In this document: in pieces, positions 21,731 through 32,277 of the stretch
Position numbering within the stretch: the first letter of the stretch is position 1
Layout of the letters: each line of letters begins with the position of its first letter
From: Batkoa obscura
Taxonomy: Eukaryota
Assembly (NCBI GenBank): GCA_030770535.1
Contig: JASVEC010000012.1
Span: 744,001-808,000 of the forward strand
Direction of reading: 5' to 3'
DNA: 64,000 bases
Position numbers and translations under genes: made by a program
The notes under the pieces: model-generated
What the model saw: the letters and a program-made list of their open reading frames with translations, nothing else
Told to the model about the DNA's origin: nothing
Databases searched by the model: none

Positions 21731-22588
21731 TTAATCAAAAAGTTTATGTGGTACTACTGAATCAATGTAAGAAGGTAATGGGATATTTAAAGCCCTTAAA
21801 GTGATAGCAAAGATATCCATATTACGGACAGAGTCATCTAGTTTTTTTGGAGAAATACCAGGTCCAGAAGCACCGAACAAGATTTGAGTTTCTGCCTTTG
21901 AGTTTCCACCATGTCCTTTACCAACACCGCCGTGATCGGCAGTCATTAAAATTAGAGTTGAGTCCCTTAACTTAGCTTCTTCAAGTTTGGCTAATATTTT
22001 CCCAATATAACTATCGACTAATTTATATTCTGCAATATATTCCTTGCTCAACCATCCTTTACTATGCCCAGTTTCATCAATATCACCAAAGTAGACAAAC
22101 ATGAATTTGGAATCTTTACCACGTGTAGTAATATAATCTAAACTTGAGGTAAAGACAGTTGCATCGTTAGAAGTCACTTTGTCTAATTTTAAGCCTTCTT
22201 CGGTAAGACCTTTGTTTAATGGAGCCCAAGAGACAATGGAAGCAATGGTAGCATTGGGGTCATGGTTTAAGATAGTTTTAAAAACAGTCGGATATTCAGT
22301 CTTATTATAATAATGATTATTAATGTTACCATTAGTAACACCATGTCGTTCTGGAGTTACACCAGTTAGCATAGAACCCCAATTTTGACCTGACCAAGTT
22401 GGCTTCATGGCCTGAGCGTTATTAGTATAAGCACCAGACGCAAGGAGTTTATGAATGTTTGGAGTATCAATGTGTTGGTGAAAATTACCAGCACCATCTA
22501 AACCGATAAAGAGAACTCTTTCAATTTTACTGCTTTCAATAGCGTTGAAGCACAATAAACCGGAAACTAAGATATTAACGACTTTCAT
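21731..22588 (-). CDS. Secreted alkaline-phosphatase-superfamily enzyme (type I phosphodiesterase/nucleotide pyrophosphatase-like)
   Basis: Signal peptide; motifs VLFIGLDG, PTWSGQNWGSMLTG (Ser nucleophile region), DETGH, TADHGG, GHGG; intronless. Confidence 0.88.
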   Translation of the reverse strand: MKVVNILVSGLLCFNAIESSKIERVLFIGLDGAGNFHQHIDTPNIHKLLASGAYTNNAQAMKPTWSGQNWGSMLTGVTPERHGVTNGNINNHYYNKTEYPTVFKTILNHDPNATIASIVSWAPLNKGLTEEGLKLDKVTSNDATVFTSSLDYITTRGKDSKFMFVYFGDIDETGHSKGWLSKEYIAEYKLVDSYIGKILAKLEEAKLRDSTLILMTADHGGVGKGHGGNSKAETQILFGASGPGISPKKLDDSVRNMDIFAITLRALNIPLPSYIDSVVPHKLFD

Positions 22589-22639
22589 ACCTAATTGGAA
22601 TTAAACTTTTATGTTAATCATTTGGTCTGACTTATTCTC

Positions 22640-22667
22640 CTTTTTATATCTTATCGACTACACGTGG
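22640..22667 (-). promoter_or_regulatory. TATA box plus CACGTG E-box (Pho4-type site) upstream of the phosphodiesterase
   Basis: TATAAAAAGG (minus strand, ~22639-22648) and CACGTGG at 22661-22667, about 75 bp from the ATG. Confidence 0.5.
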
Positions 22668-23051
22668 ATTTACTATTTCAAATTTGTGCATTCATGTCAA
22701 AATAATAAAGTCAATTTCATCTTTAGTTGACTAAAATTAAGATATAATATTACATTTTTATATTTATGTAAAATAGAATAATAATAACAGTTATAATTTA
22801 GATTAGAATAAATAAAACTTTTCTTAATTGTGCTTATAAAAAAATCTCAACAAATATTGCTATTATTCTTTTAATAATCAAATTTTATTATATGACTTAG
22901 AAGCATTATTCAAACTTTTGTTGTATTGTATACACAATTTCTTTTCGCTATCGTAATATTTTTATTATGTTTTACTTTTCATTAATCTCTTTTCCTATTA
23001 TTTACATTTCTATATACTTTATTATTTTTAGAATATTAAGTCACCTAGCAA

Positions 23052-23416
23052 TATTGATTCAACAAATCAAATTAAAAAGTATCATGCAAGATTGTTATTA
23101 TTTTCAATTATTAAATTTAATGTATAAATGCCAATTAAAGGACAATAAACAGATATTAAAAATAACAAAGCGTATATAATACAATTATAGTTATAATTAT
23201 AATTATAATTATAATTATCAAAGCAGCTGGGCTATACTTAAATTTAAATATTTTTACAATAATGATTTAACAAATCAAATTTACAAAACAAAGCATGCAA
23301 CATAGCTGTTATCTTGAATTATTATATTTACTGTATAAATACCAATTAAAGAATAATAAATGAACATTTAAATACAATAACACGCTATAGTAATTACAAC
23401 CACAATTGTCAAACTA
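23052..23416 (+). repeat. Degenerate tandem duplication of a ~170-200-bp unit
   Basis: AACAAATCAAATT...CATGCAA...TGTATAAAT.CCAATTAAAG.A.AATAAA occurs at ~23052 and again at ~23261. Confidence 0.75.
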
Positions 23417-23450
23417 GTGCAAGTATTTTATCTTATTGCTTTTTACTATT

Positions 23451-23540
23451 TGAAGATGTATTTTTGTTTAAGAATTTACCAACAATCTTTCCGCTCGAAT
23501 AGTGCTTAAAAAATAGAAAAAGTGATGAAATCAAAAAATC
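23451..23540 (+). mobile_element. MITE copy 4 (right end eroded)
   Basis: TGAAGATGTATTTTTGTTTAAGAATTTACCAACAATCTTTCCGCTCGAATAGTGCTTAAAAAATAGAAAAAGTGATGAAATCAAAAAA. Confidence 0.7.
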
Positions 23541-23662
23541 AAAATACAAGGAAGTCAAAAATATGTAATTTCTTGAACTTTAAAATAATTAAAAAAGTTT
23601 ATATTTTAAATATAATTAAATATAACTGTATTCTAGATTTTTTGATCTTTAAATAGTTTATA

Positions 23663-23761
23663 TGGGTATATATTTTTGTGTTTAAGAATTTACTAACAAT
23701 CTTTCCACTCAAATAGCGCTTAAAAGATAGAAATAGTAATGAAACCAAAAAAACATCCTCA
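23663..23761 (+). mobile_element. MITE copy 5
   Basis: TA-TGGGTATATATTTTTGTGTTTAAGAATTT...AAAAAAACATCCTCA-TA. Confidence 0.75.
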
Positions 23762-24318
23762 TATAGCTATGAAAAAAATAATTTAAACTTTTCATCAAAT
23801 GTTTAAACATTTGTCTTTTAAATACTTTTAAAGTATTTAAAAGGTAGTACTTTTTTTATAAATTAAGTTAAAGGTCATCTTTAGCCTATTTTTTAAGTTC
23901 TTTTTATTTATAAAAAAACTAATGAGCTGTTTAAAAGGGTAGACTTTTAATCAATTAAAAACATTTTATTTTAATTAGATAAAGGTATTGTTTTTTTTTA
24001 AAAAAAATAGCATAATATTCGATTTTAATTTTTGAAATTTTAAAATTTTAAAGTAACTCCTATCTTTGAAATAATATCTCAAAAACGGCTGATCCAATCA
24101 CATTGAAACTTTACATAATCTTTTTTATATCCATACGTCAGATTTATACAAAAAAAAATGGATCCTTTAATAACTAAACCTGCTTAATTATACGAACTTT
24201 TTGACCTCCCCTGTACATTGATTTATTTTAATTAAATTAATATAATAAAATATGATGTACATAAAAAAAATTTTAAACATTTTATTTTTAAAATATTAAA
24301 TTAAAAAAAGCATCCTCA

Positions 24319-27300
24319 TCACCAAGGGTTGTCAAACACGTCTTTAGGAATAGCAATAGAATTAGTTGTTGGCTTACTATCAAGTGTTTCCGAGTTCAAC
24401 TTAAAGTCCTGATTACTTGGTTTACTATTAAATGTCTCCAACCCTAAATTAAAGTTTTGGTCACTCCCTATTTCCTTCTCCTTATTTGTTTGGCCATCTG
24501 TTAAGCCATTCTCAAACTTGAATCCCACACCTAGATCTACTAAACTATTATCTAATTTAATAGGAGTTTCAATAGCAGATATGTGATTCACTTTACTTTC
24601 CCTTTGTTGCTCCTTACCATTCTTTAACGATGAAAGCAATTCTTGAGGCGAAAGTGATTTCTTAGGCTTTAACTCTACATTTCTTTGATTTGAAGAATCA
24701 ACTTCACTTCCAAATAAAAAGTCATACTTCTTACGTACCTCTTTACTCTTTAATTTAACCTCTCCTTTGTTTTGATTAATATCCTTTTTGCCAGCGTTAA
24801 TGTCTAAATTTTTAGGCGTTGTTCCTTTTTTGCTAACTGGGCTAGTTTGGGGTTGAGCGTTGGCCATTTCTTTGTCTTTAATTGTTGATGACTTTGTTTC
24901 TTTAACATCCTCCTTTTTCCCTTTCTCAACTTTGGGCGCTATATTCTTTTCTTGGGGTTTTACAGATTCCTCAAAAGTATTGGCTTCTTCCTTTTTTCCT
25001 TTAGCAGCTTTAGGTGATACTTCGTTTTCTTGGGGCTTTACAAATTCTATCGAAGCTGCTTTATCTTTATTTTCTTGTGGTTTTATAGGTTCTTTGGACG
25101 CCCTGTTATTTTTATCTTCCTGAGGGCCTACAGGTTTCTTTGCATCCCCTCTATTTTTATCTTCAGTATTAGCTTTATTAGCTTTTTGAATTTTACTATC
25201 AATATTCGAAGATAGTTTATCAACTTCATTATCTTTAACCTTATCTTTTACTTCTAAATTATCGTTTTTAACATTTGAATCCTTCTTAATCAAAATGGTT
25301 TGTTTATCGGTGTGCTTTTTACTCCTTTTATTTTCCAATACCTCTTTAGGTCCACCCTTTTTACTCTGATTAATAGCCATATCTGAAACATTTTTCACTT
25401 GACTATCTATTATACTTTCATTTATTTCTTGGTCTTTTTTTGAGTTATTTTTCTCTTTAACAGTCAGTCCTTCATCCTTTTTGCTTCCGATATTGCCTAG
25501 GTTTGCCTTCTCTTTGCCTTTGATCTCATCTCCACTTACTGTTTCTTCCTTTGCTTCTTTACTTTTAATTTGTTTAACATTACCATCCTTGCCAGTTAAA
25601 TTCGTTTCGTCTCCCTTAGTAAAATCCTCTTCTACAAAAGTCCAATTTTCTTTAAGTAAATGTTCTGGCTGGTTTGATAAATAAATCATTCGGTTTTTAA
25701 TAAATATAATATTCTTTCTTAAATTTAACACAACTTCATCCAGTTTGACTTTATCTTTTTCATTAGCTGTTCTATTGACTTCTTTAATGGTTTTTAAATT
25801 ACTTTTTAACTGTAAAATCAACAATTGGTCACTTGTAATAATTTCCGTCAAAGATCTAGGCTCACTTATCAACTCAGGTTCTAATTCTGTTTGTTTTTTA
25901 GCAACAGTCTCCTCTGATTTACTACTTGTTAATATGGTTTCCTTTCTACTAATTGCTTGGTTTGATGTAGCTTTAATATCCTTCTTCTTTGTAATAGCTG
26001 GGGATAAATTGGCAGGGTGAATGGGGTGAATAGTATTGGGAAACATGGGTAGCAAAGCCAAATGGATATTTTTAAACTCATAAATCCTCTTTAACACTTT
26101 ATAACCATTAGCACTGTCAATGTTATTAGACAACACTTTTGCCAACTCAATAATGATCTTGATATCTTTAACCTTAGGGAATCGCATCAATTTATGCAAT
26201 GTAATGGAATAATCTTGATCAATCACTTTTGAACTATAAACTTATTACAATATTTACAAATAATATAAATTACCTTCATCATGAATGTAGAATAACATAA
26301 CTGCAGCTACAAAAGTAACATAGGATAAGTCCAATTTATTGTCTATTATTTTTGAATATTCGAAGATAGAATCCCATAGTAGTAAGGTCTCATCGAAAGT
26401 GAATTCTCTTGAAAATAGCAAACGAAACCAACGTAAGCCAAATAATTGAGGTTCAATTTCTAGCTTTTCAAAGTGTTGATATAAGACTGGGTTGGTTTCT
26501 TTTAGTATATCATAATATGCTCGATAACATGTTTTTAATATTGGGTTGTTTGTTACTGGTGGGTAATTTAGTAGCTTGATGCGCTCATTCTATTAACTTA
26601 AATTTATACTTTTATTAATATATTTATCACATATATTTACCTTGTTTATTCCATCCTTTTGGTTATTCTATATATTTATTATTTGTCAAAAATTATTTTA
26701 AATTATCTTACTTTTTTTTGGTTTAATAAATTCCTTGCTTTGTGTGCTCTAGCTAGCCTATTAGCTTCATCTGGCTCAGGTAGTTCATAAAACGAAGCTG
26801 CACCACTCATTAATTTTATAAATAAAAAATAAGATTGGGATGGTAGATAAGAAGAATCCAACAATTTTAAGTCACTAAAAACCTAATGAATAACTAGAAA
26901 AGTTAAATAAATCAAACTTACTCTTTATCGTTAGTTGGACAGTTTATATGAATAGAATCTATAGAAACCACGTATAAAATAGGAGCTAATAGCTCATGCA
27001 TCCCTTGACGATACGACAACTTTGACCTTTGTTTACAGTATAAAAATAAGATCTCTGTCATAATCTCGTGTATTTTATCTTCTCTAAAAAAGTCTTTTTC
27101 TGGAAACGTGCGACTTACATCTAATAAGATCAATTTTCTTAACTCCTGGTCGTTGAAATATTGAGTCCACGGATTCTATTAAGTAGTTAAACTATTATTA
27201 AACCATTTTACAAAATAAAGCAAAACTACATCTTTCTCTGGTGCTAACGGGTTATAACTTTTGCTTTTACTAGAATATTTGGCCTGTGGTATAACTATAA

Positions 27301-27576
27301 GTTCCCTTTTTAAACGCTCATATTCCAAATATTGTTTCTCATAAATACCCATCCATTTACTGACTTCTTTTGGTAAAATATCTAGGTTGAGCTAACTATT
27401 AAAAAATTTATATTTAAACAGGACTTATTTACCTTCCACTTAATTGACCTTAATACCTCTTCCTCGTTATGAACTCTTCCCTCTGCATACTTTTTAGTAT
27501 TATCCCACTTGTCTCTGTTGAATTAAGGTTAATCGCTTTATTTGATGTAAATTTATTTCTTTTACTTTAATTCCAT
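24319..27576 (-). CDS. TBC1D5: TBC-domain Rab GTPase-activating protein, TBC1D5-like, with a long charged C-terminal tail; multi-exon, start codon uncertain
   Basis: LRSIKWK; NPLAPEKD/NPWTQYFNDQELRKLILLDVSRTFPE; YRQGMHELLAPI; IEPQLFGLRWFRLLFSREFTFDETLLLWDSIF; C-terminal FDNPW. Confidence 0.8.
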
Positions 27577-27995
27577 TTTTAAAATAATTGAAAGTGGCTT
27601 TTGGGTTTTAACTTTTATAAATTTTAGTTCCGAGATATTTTACATCAATTCTAATTTGATGACTTTAGTTTTTGCATCAATAATTTCCTTTTATATTTTT
27701 GATTTTTACAAACAGATAGTTTACCTTTGAAGACATCTTTTAACAATTTTCCTAATAAATCGTCCAACTATAATATTACATAAAAACAGACAAAAAATTA
27801 AACTAAAAAGACACCTCCTTGTACCCCTTGTATTCAATTTTATTAACTTAAATACTAGTTCCTTTATTTATGACATTTTCCAAACTATTTTTTTAAAATC
27901 ATGTCATCTACTATAGCCAATAGAATTATGTATACTCATCAATTTAAACTATAACCATTTTACGTGTCAATTATATATTTATTTTAATCTTTTAA

Positions 27996-30979
27996 ATGAC
28001 TCACCAAAGTTCGAGTTCAACTTTAAAAATAAATACAGGTGACAACACCTCAAAAGAGATTAATGTATTCCTATTCGAAGACTTATTTAAAGAAAGAGGA
28101 GAAGCGGCACCTCAATCACCAACAATAATGAACAAGAAGAAGAGTTTACCTCAATATGTGCCATTCAACATAACTATGCTAAGAAAAAAGCATTTTATTA
28201 GTGAAGTGAATAAAAATGCCAATTTAAATACAAGACAAAAATTTGAATCTCCAGCGGTACCAAAAACTTTTATTAGAAAGATAAAACCAAGTGATTTTGA
28301 TCCTTATTTATCTAGGATCACTCCTTCTTTTAATCAACATCAACATAGCGCCTCATTTAACCTTCCGGTGCTCCCAGACGTCGAGGATGCGGCTGACATT
28401 GCAGTAAGTTATCAGGAAAATGATTTACCGGACTTGTCTCAGCTTTCAGAAACTTTTTTTGATACCGAATTTTCTTTAGAAAACGCACGAACATTCAATC
28501 TATTATGTTCAATGGCAAGAGATGAAGAGGTAGTTGAAAGTGAGTTAAATTTAGTGACAAGCACCAAATTACAGGATAAATTATCAATGAACCTGGATAA
28601 GGTGGAGGCCCATCTGGTGCATGAGATCAGTAAGAGATCGGATGGGTTCTTTTCAGCTTTAAATAAACTGAAGGGTCTGGAATTAGAAACAGAAGAAGCT
28701 ATTGAAGGTTTCCAAAGACTTCGTAGTGCTCTTGATGATATTAAACAACAGCAGGCTAAAGATTCAATAAAAGTTTTACAGCTTCGACAAAGGAAAGAGA
28801 ATTTATTTAAGTTGGATCAATGCTTTGGCTTATTAAATAAAATTTATGCTACCCAACCAGCAATCAAAGCGCTTTTGGAAGAAAAGGATTCGTTGGGCGC
28901 ACTTAAATTAATTTTAGGAATAGAAGATGAATTGGGATTTAAAGGAGGAAAGTCATCCCCAGTTTCATGGCAGAAATATATAGAAGATAACGAAACGTCG
29001 CCGAAGTTAAAAAACGTGTTGTTTAAAGAATTAAATCCTTCTAAAGGAGAACAAGGTAAAAAGGAAGGATTTGGCTTGGCACAATTGAAATGTTTAAAGA
29101 AATTTTGGAATTTTTTGGATGTTTCTAAAGCCCAAGCTATTGTTCAAATGGAAGAGTACTTTGCCACATTGATACTTAATTTTTGTAAAAGAACAAGCAA
29201 TCAAACATTTGATTTTAAAAAAGAATTGGATCACCTTTTAGGTGGCGATGAAGGCGAAGAAGAATTGAATTTGGTTAAAGGACAGTTGAATCAAGCCGAG
29301 TTAGAACAGCTGAAAACTTCTTTGAGACCTTTGCTTAGAGGCCTTAAAATTTCCAACCATTTACCAGCTGCTATTGCTAGCACTTCAACGAAGCTTATTG
29401 AGCTCTTACAGCAGCAGATCTTTGACGAGATAATTGGATTTTTTCAAAACAACAATGTTACTGCATTTAAAAACATACCGTTTAATATATCGGATTGGGA
29501 GTAAGTTATTATTTATTTATCGTATGTTAATATCTTATAAGAATAGAACACTAACATTGTTTCATTAGGGAAAGCAGTTTTGGCCAAGAGTTAATTAAGA
29601 TTAATTACGATGATTATTTTAAAATTTTGATATTAAGTTTTTCAGTTTTTATTCAGCAAATTAAGCAAATTAAAAAGTTGGAAAGTGTCATTGAGGAGCA
29701 AGTGGATAGCTTTAAAAAGGAGCTTATAAAAGAAGAGGAACTCGAAGATTTTAAGTTATTTAAACAAGAATGGATTAAAGAAATGCAAAGTTTAAGCTTT
29801 CAAGTAAGTGAAAAGATACAGTTAATTAGCAATCAGTTGATCAGCCTTAGAATTAAAGCGAATGAATATATCCAACCAAACTTATTTTATAAAGTGTACT
29901 TTTTAAGTTGGAGGTTGATTACGCATATGGAAACAATCACTGGGAAAACAAATTCTTTATTAAGGACTTCAGTTTTTACGAGTGCTAAACTATTTTTAAA
30001 TATTTATCATCAAGAAAATTTAAAGGCTATAACAAATAGCATTGAAAAAGATAATTGGAAACCAGTACCTATTGACATAAACAATCAAAGATCCGTAGAT
30101 TTAATACAATTCTCGCTTCACAATGAATTCAATCACCCTAATCTTAATTACGACACCTCTTTTTTAAATGAGGAACAAAATGTTATTAAAAATAAGTCTC
30201 AACATACAACCGATAAAATAATGATTGCGGCTATTGACTATTATGCTACTGAAAGCGGCTTATGCCTTTTATCTTACCTTCAAGACTACCTTAAAGCCAG
30301 TATTAATATGCCAGCAATTTCTCAAGAATTGGTAAATCGCATTGTGTCCATTTTAGATCATTATAATCGTGGTACTTATCGAGCTGTTTTAGGCGCAGGA
30401 GCTACTAAAACAGCAGGTATGGCTAAAATTTCGGCAAAGCATATATGTTTAGCTTCACAAACTTTAGGTTTGTTTGTCGGACTACTACCCTCCCTAAGAA
30501 GATCGCTTGAGTTATCTTTAGGTGCCCAAAGAGTCTTATTAGTCATGCAATTGGATCGTATAGCTAGTGATCTAGCCGAACATCGAAACCAACTACATAA
30601 TAAGCTGGTAGCTATCTTATCGGATAATGCGAATAACTATTTACAACAGATGGAAAGAATAGCATTTGATGAATGTCCAGCTGATGAAGGGCAAGTCAAT
30701 CCATATATGAGAAAATTGGTTCAAGATGTACAAGCACTACATAAAATTATGATCAAGTTTTTGTTGCCAAGGGATATACAAAAAATTATTACACAGGTGA
30801 ACTTGGAGTATGCTACATCACTTGAGCAAAAGATCGAAAAGCTAAAAATTAAAACACCATTAGGAAAGAGGAATTTACTAAGAGATGTTCAGTACTTAAT
30901 TAAGGGGTTATCGTTGTTGCCTACTCAGATTTCGAATTTACATCATTTAGAAGTAGTGGTTAACGATCTTAAACTTTAG
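27996..30979 (+). CDS. VPS54: GARP complex subunit Vps54, 2 exons
   Basis: LQDKLSMNLDKVEAHLVHEISKRSDGFFSAL; VLGAGATKTAGMAKISAKHICLASQTL; one intron between ~29501 and ~29568. Confidence 0.9.
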
Positions 30980-31488
30980 TTGTTTTGTTTTGTAATTAAT
31001 ATTAAGTAGACGTATTCATTTTATAATTGAGTTTATGCTAATATAAAGAAACTACCGTTTTAAATTGCTTTTGTTGATTAGAGGTCTTTTGTTTTTATTC
31101 TTATTTTTATCTTTATTTTAGTTTTTGTTTTTATTTTTGTTTTTGTTTTATCTATATAGGATTATATCCCTTAGATTTTATAAAAATATAAAGAGTTGAC
31201 CGAAAAGCAGTAAAGCAAATTCAAAATTAGTACCAAACTACCTCAAATATACTTTATTGTGTAGACTAAATAAGTAAAGAAATATAATATAATAATTTAA
31301 ACATAGCTTGATTAATAGTATACTCGAGTGTATTTGGTACTTTTGTTAAAATTTTGAGCATTCTAAAAAGAATTGAAATATTATCTTATTGGCTTAAACC
31401 AAACTTCACCAAGCAACTTTTGATCTTAAAATTCAAAAAAATATTTATCAAATTATCATTTTTTGACACTCATTAGCATCAACTCAAC

Positions 31489-32277
31489 ATGGGTAATGAC
31501 GGAGGTTCCATCCCCAAGCGTACTGAATTAGTAAAAACGAAAAAGAAAGCAGTGAAATCCGATAACAGTGAAAAATTAATTTCAAAGTGGCATTTTTGTG
31601 CTTTATCCAAAGCCATGTTAAGTATGCCCGTAGTTGTATGTGCTTTAGGTAAACTTTATAATAAAGAAGCAATATTAGAACATTTAATCAATGGAAGTGC
31701 ATCCAAATACGGTGACAGTGACAAAATTTGTCCTCATGTAACTTCAATGTCTCATATTAAGGAGCTAAATTTAACCGAAAATCCAACCTTTGATAAAACT
31801 AAATCAAGTTCATCACCATTCATTTGTCCATTAAATCAAAAAGCAATGAATGGTAATTTACCTTTTGTTTATATTAGTAAATGTGGATGTGTATTTTCAA
31901 AGGCTGGTATAAAGGACTTAAAAGGTATGGAAATGAAATGTCCGTTGTGTTCAAAGGCTTATGAAGAGGCGGATATAACCGAGATTAACCCACCAGAAGA
32001 AATGCAAGCCGAGTTATTGTTGAAAATGGAAGAAAAGATTAAACAGAAAAAGGCGGAAAAACTTAAGAACAAAAAGAAAGAAAATAAGAATAACGAGATG
32101 GAAATTGAAGTTGTGGAAAAAAGAAAAGGTACTGCTACTGAAGAAGCGATTGAAGCAATTAGAAACAAAAAGAAATCAAAGGCAATCGAATCCATTTTTA
32201 CATCTTCTTCTAAGGAACAGGATAGAAAAAATAATAATAACTATTTATGTAGAGGTACTTTTAACAGATATTCCTAA
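31489..32277 (+). CDS. RTF2: Replication termination factor 2 (Rtf2 RING-like)
   Basis: Diagnostic N-terminus MGNDGGSIPKRTELVK; CALS, LGKLYNKEAILE, FICP, CGCVFS, CPLC. Confidence 0.93.
   Translation: MGNDGGSIPKRTELVKTKKKAVKSDNSEKLISKWHFCALSKAMLSMPVVVCALGKLYNKEAILEHLINGSASKYGDSDKICPHVTSMSHIKELNLTENPTFDKTKSSSSPFICPLNQKAMNGNLPFVYISKCGCVFSKAGIKDLKGMEMKCPLCSKAYEEADITEINPPEEMQAELLLKMEEKIKQKKAEKLKNKKKENKNNEMEIEVVEKRKGTATEEAIEAIRNKKKSKAIESIFTSSSKEQDRKNNNNYLCRGTFNRYS

Noticed and set aside
24860..26020. Plus-strand ORFs antisense to the TBC tail (likewise 37059-37616, 44805-45077, 58569-58850)
   Set aside because: Antisense shadows of charged or low-complexity real coding sequence.
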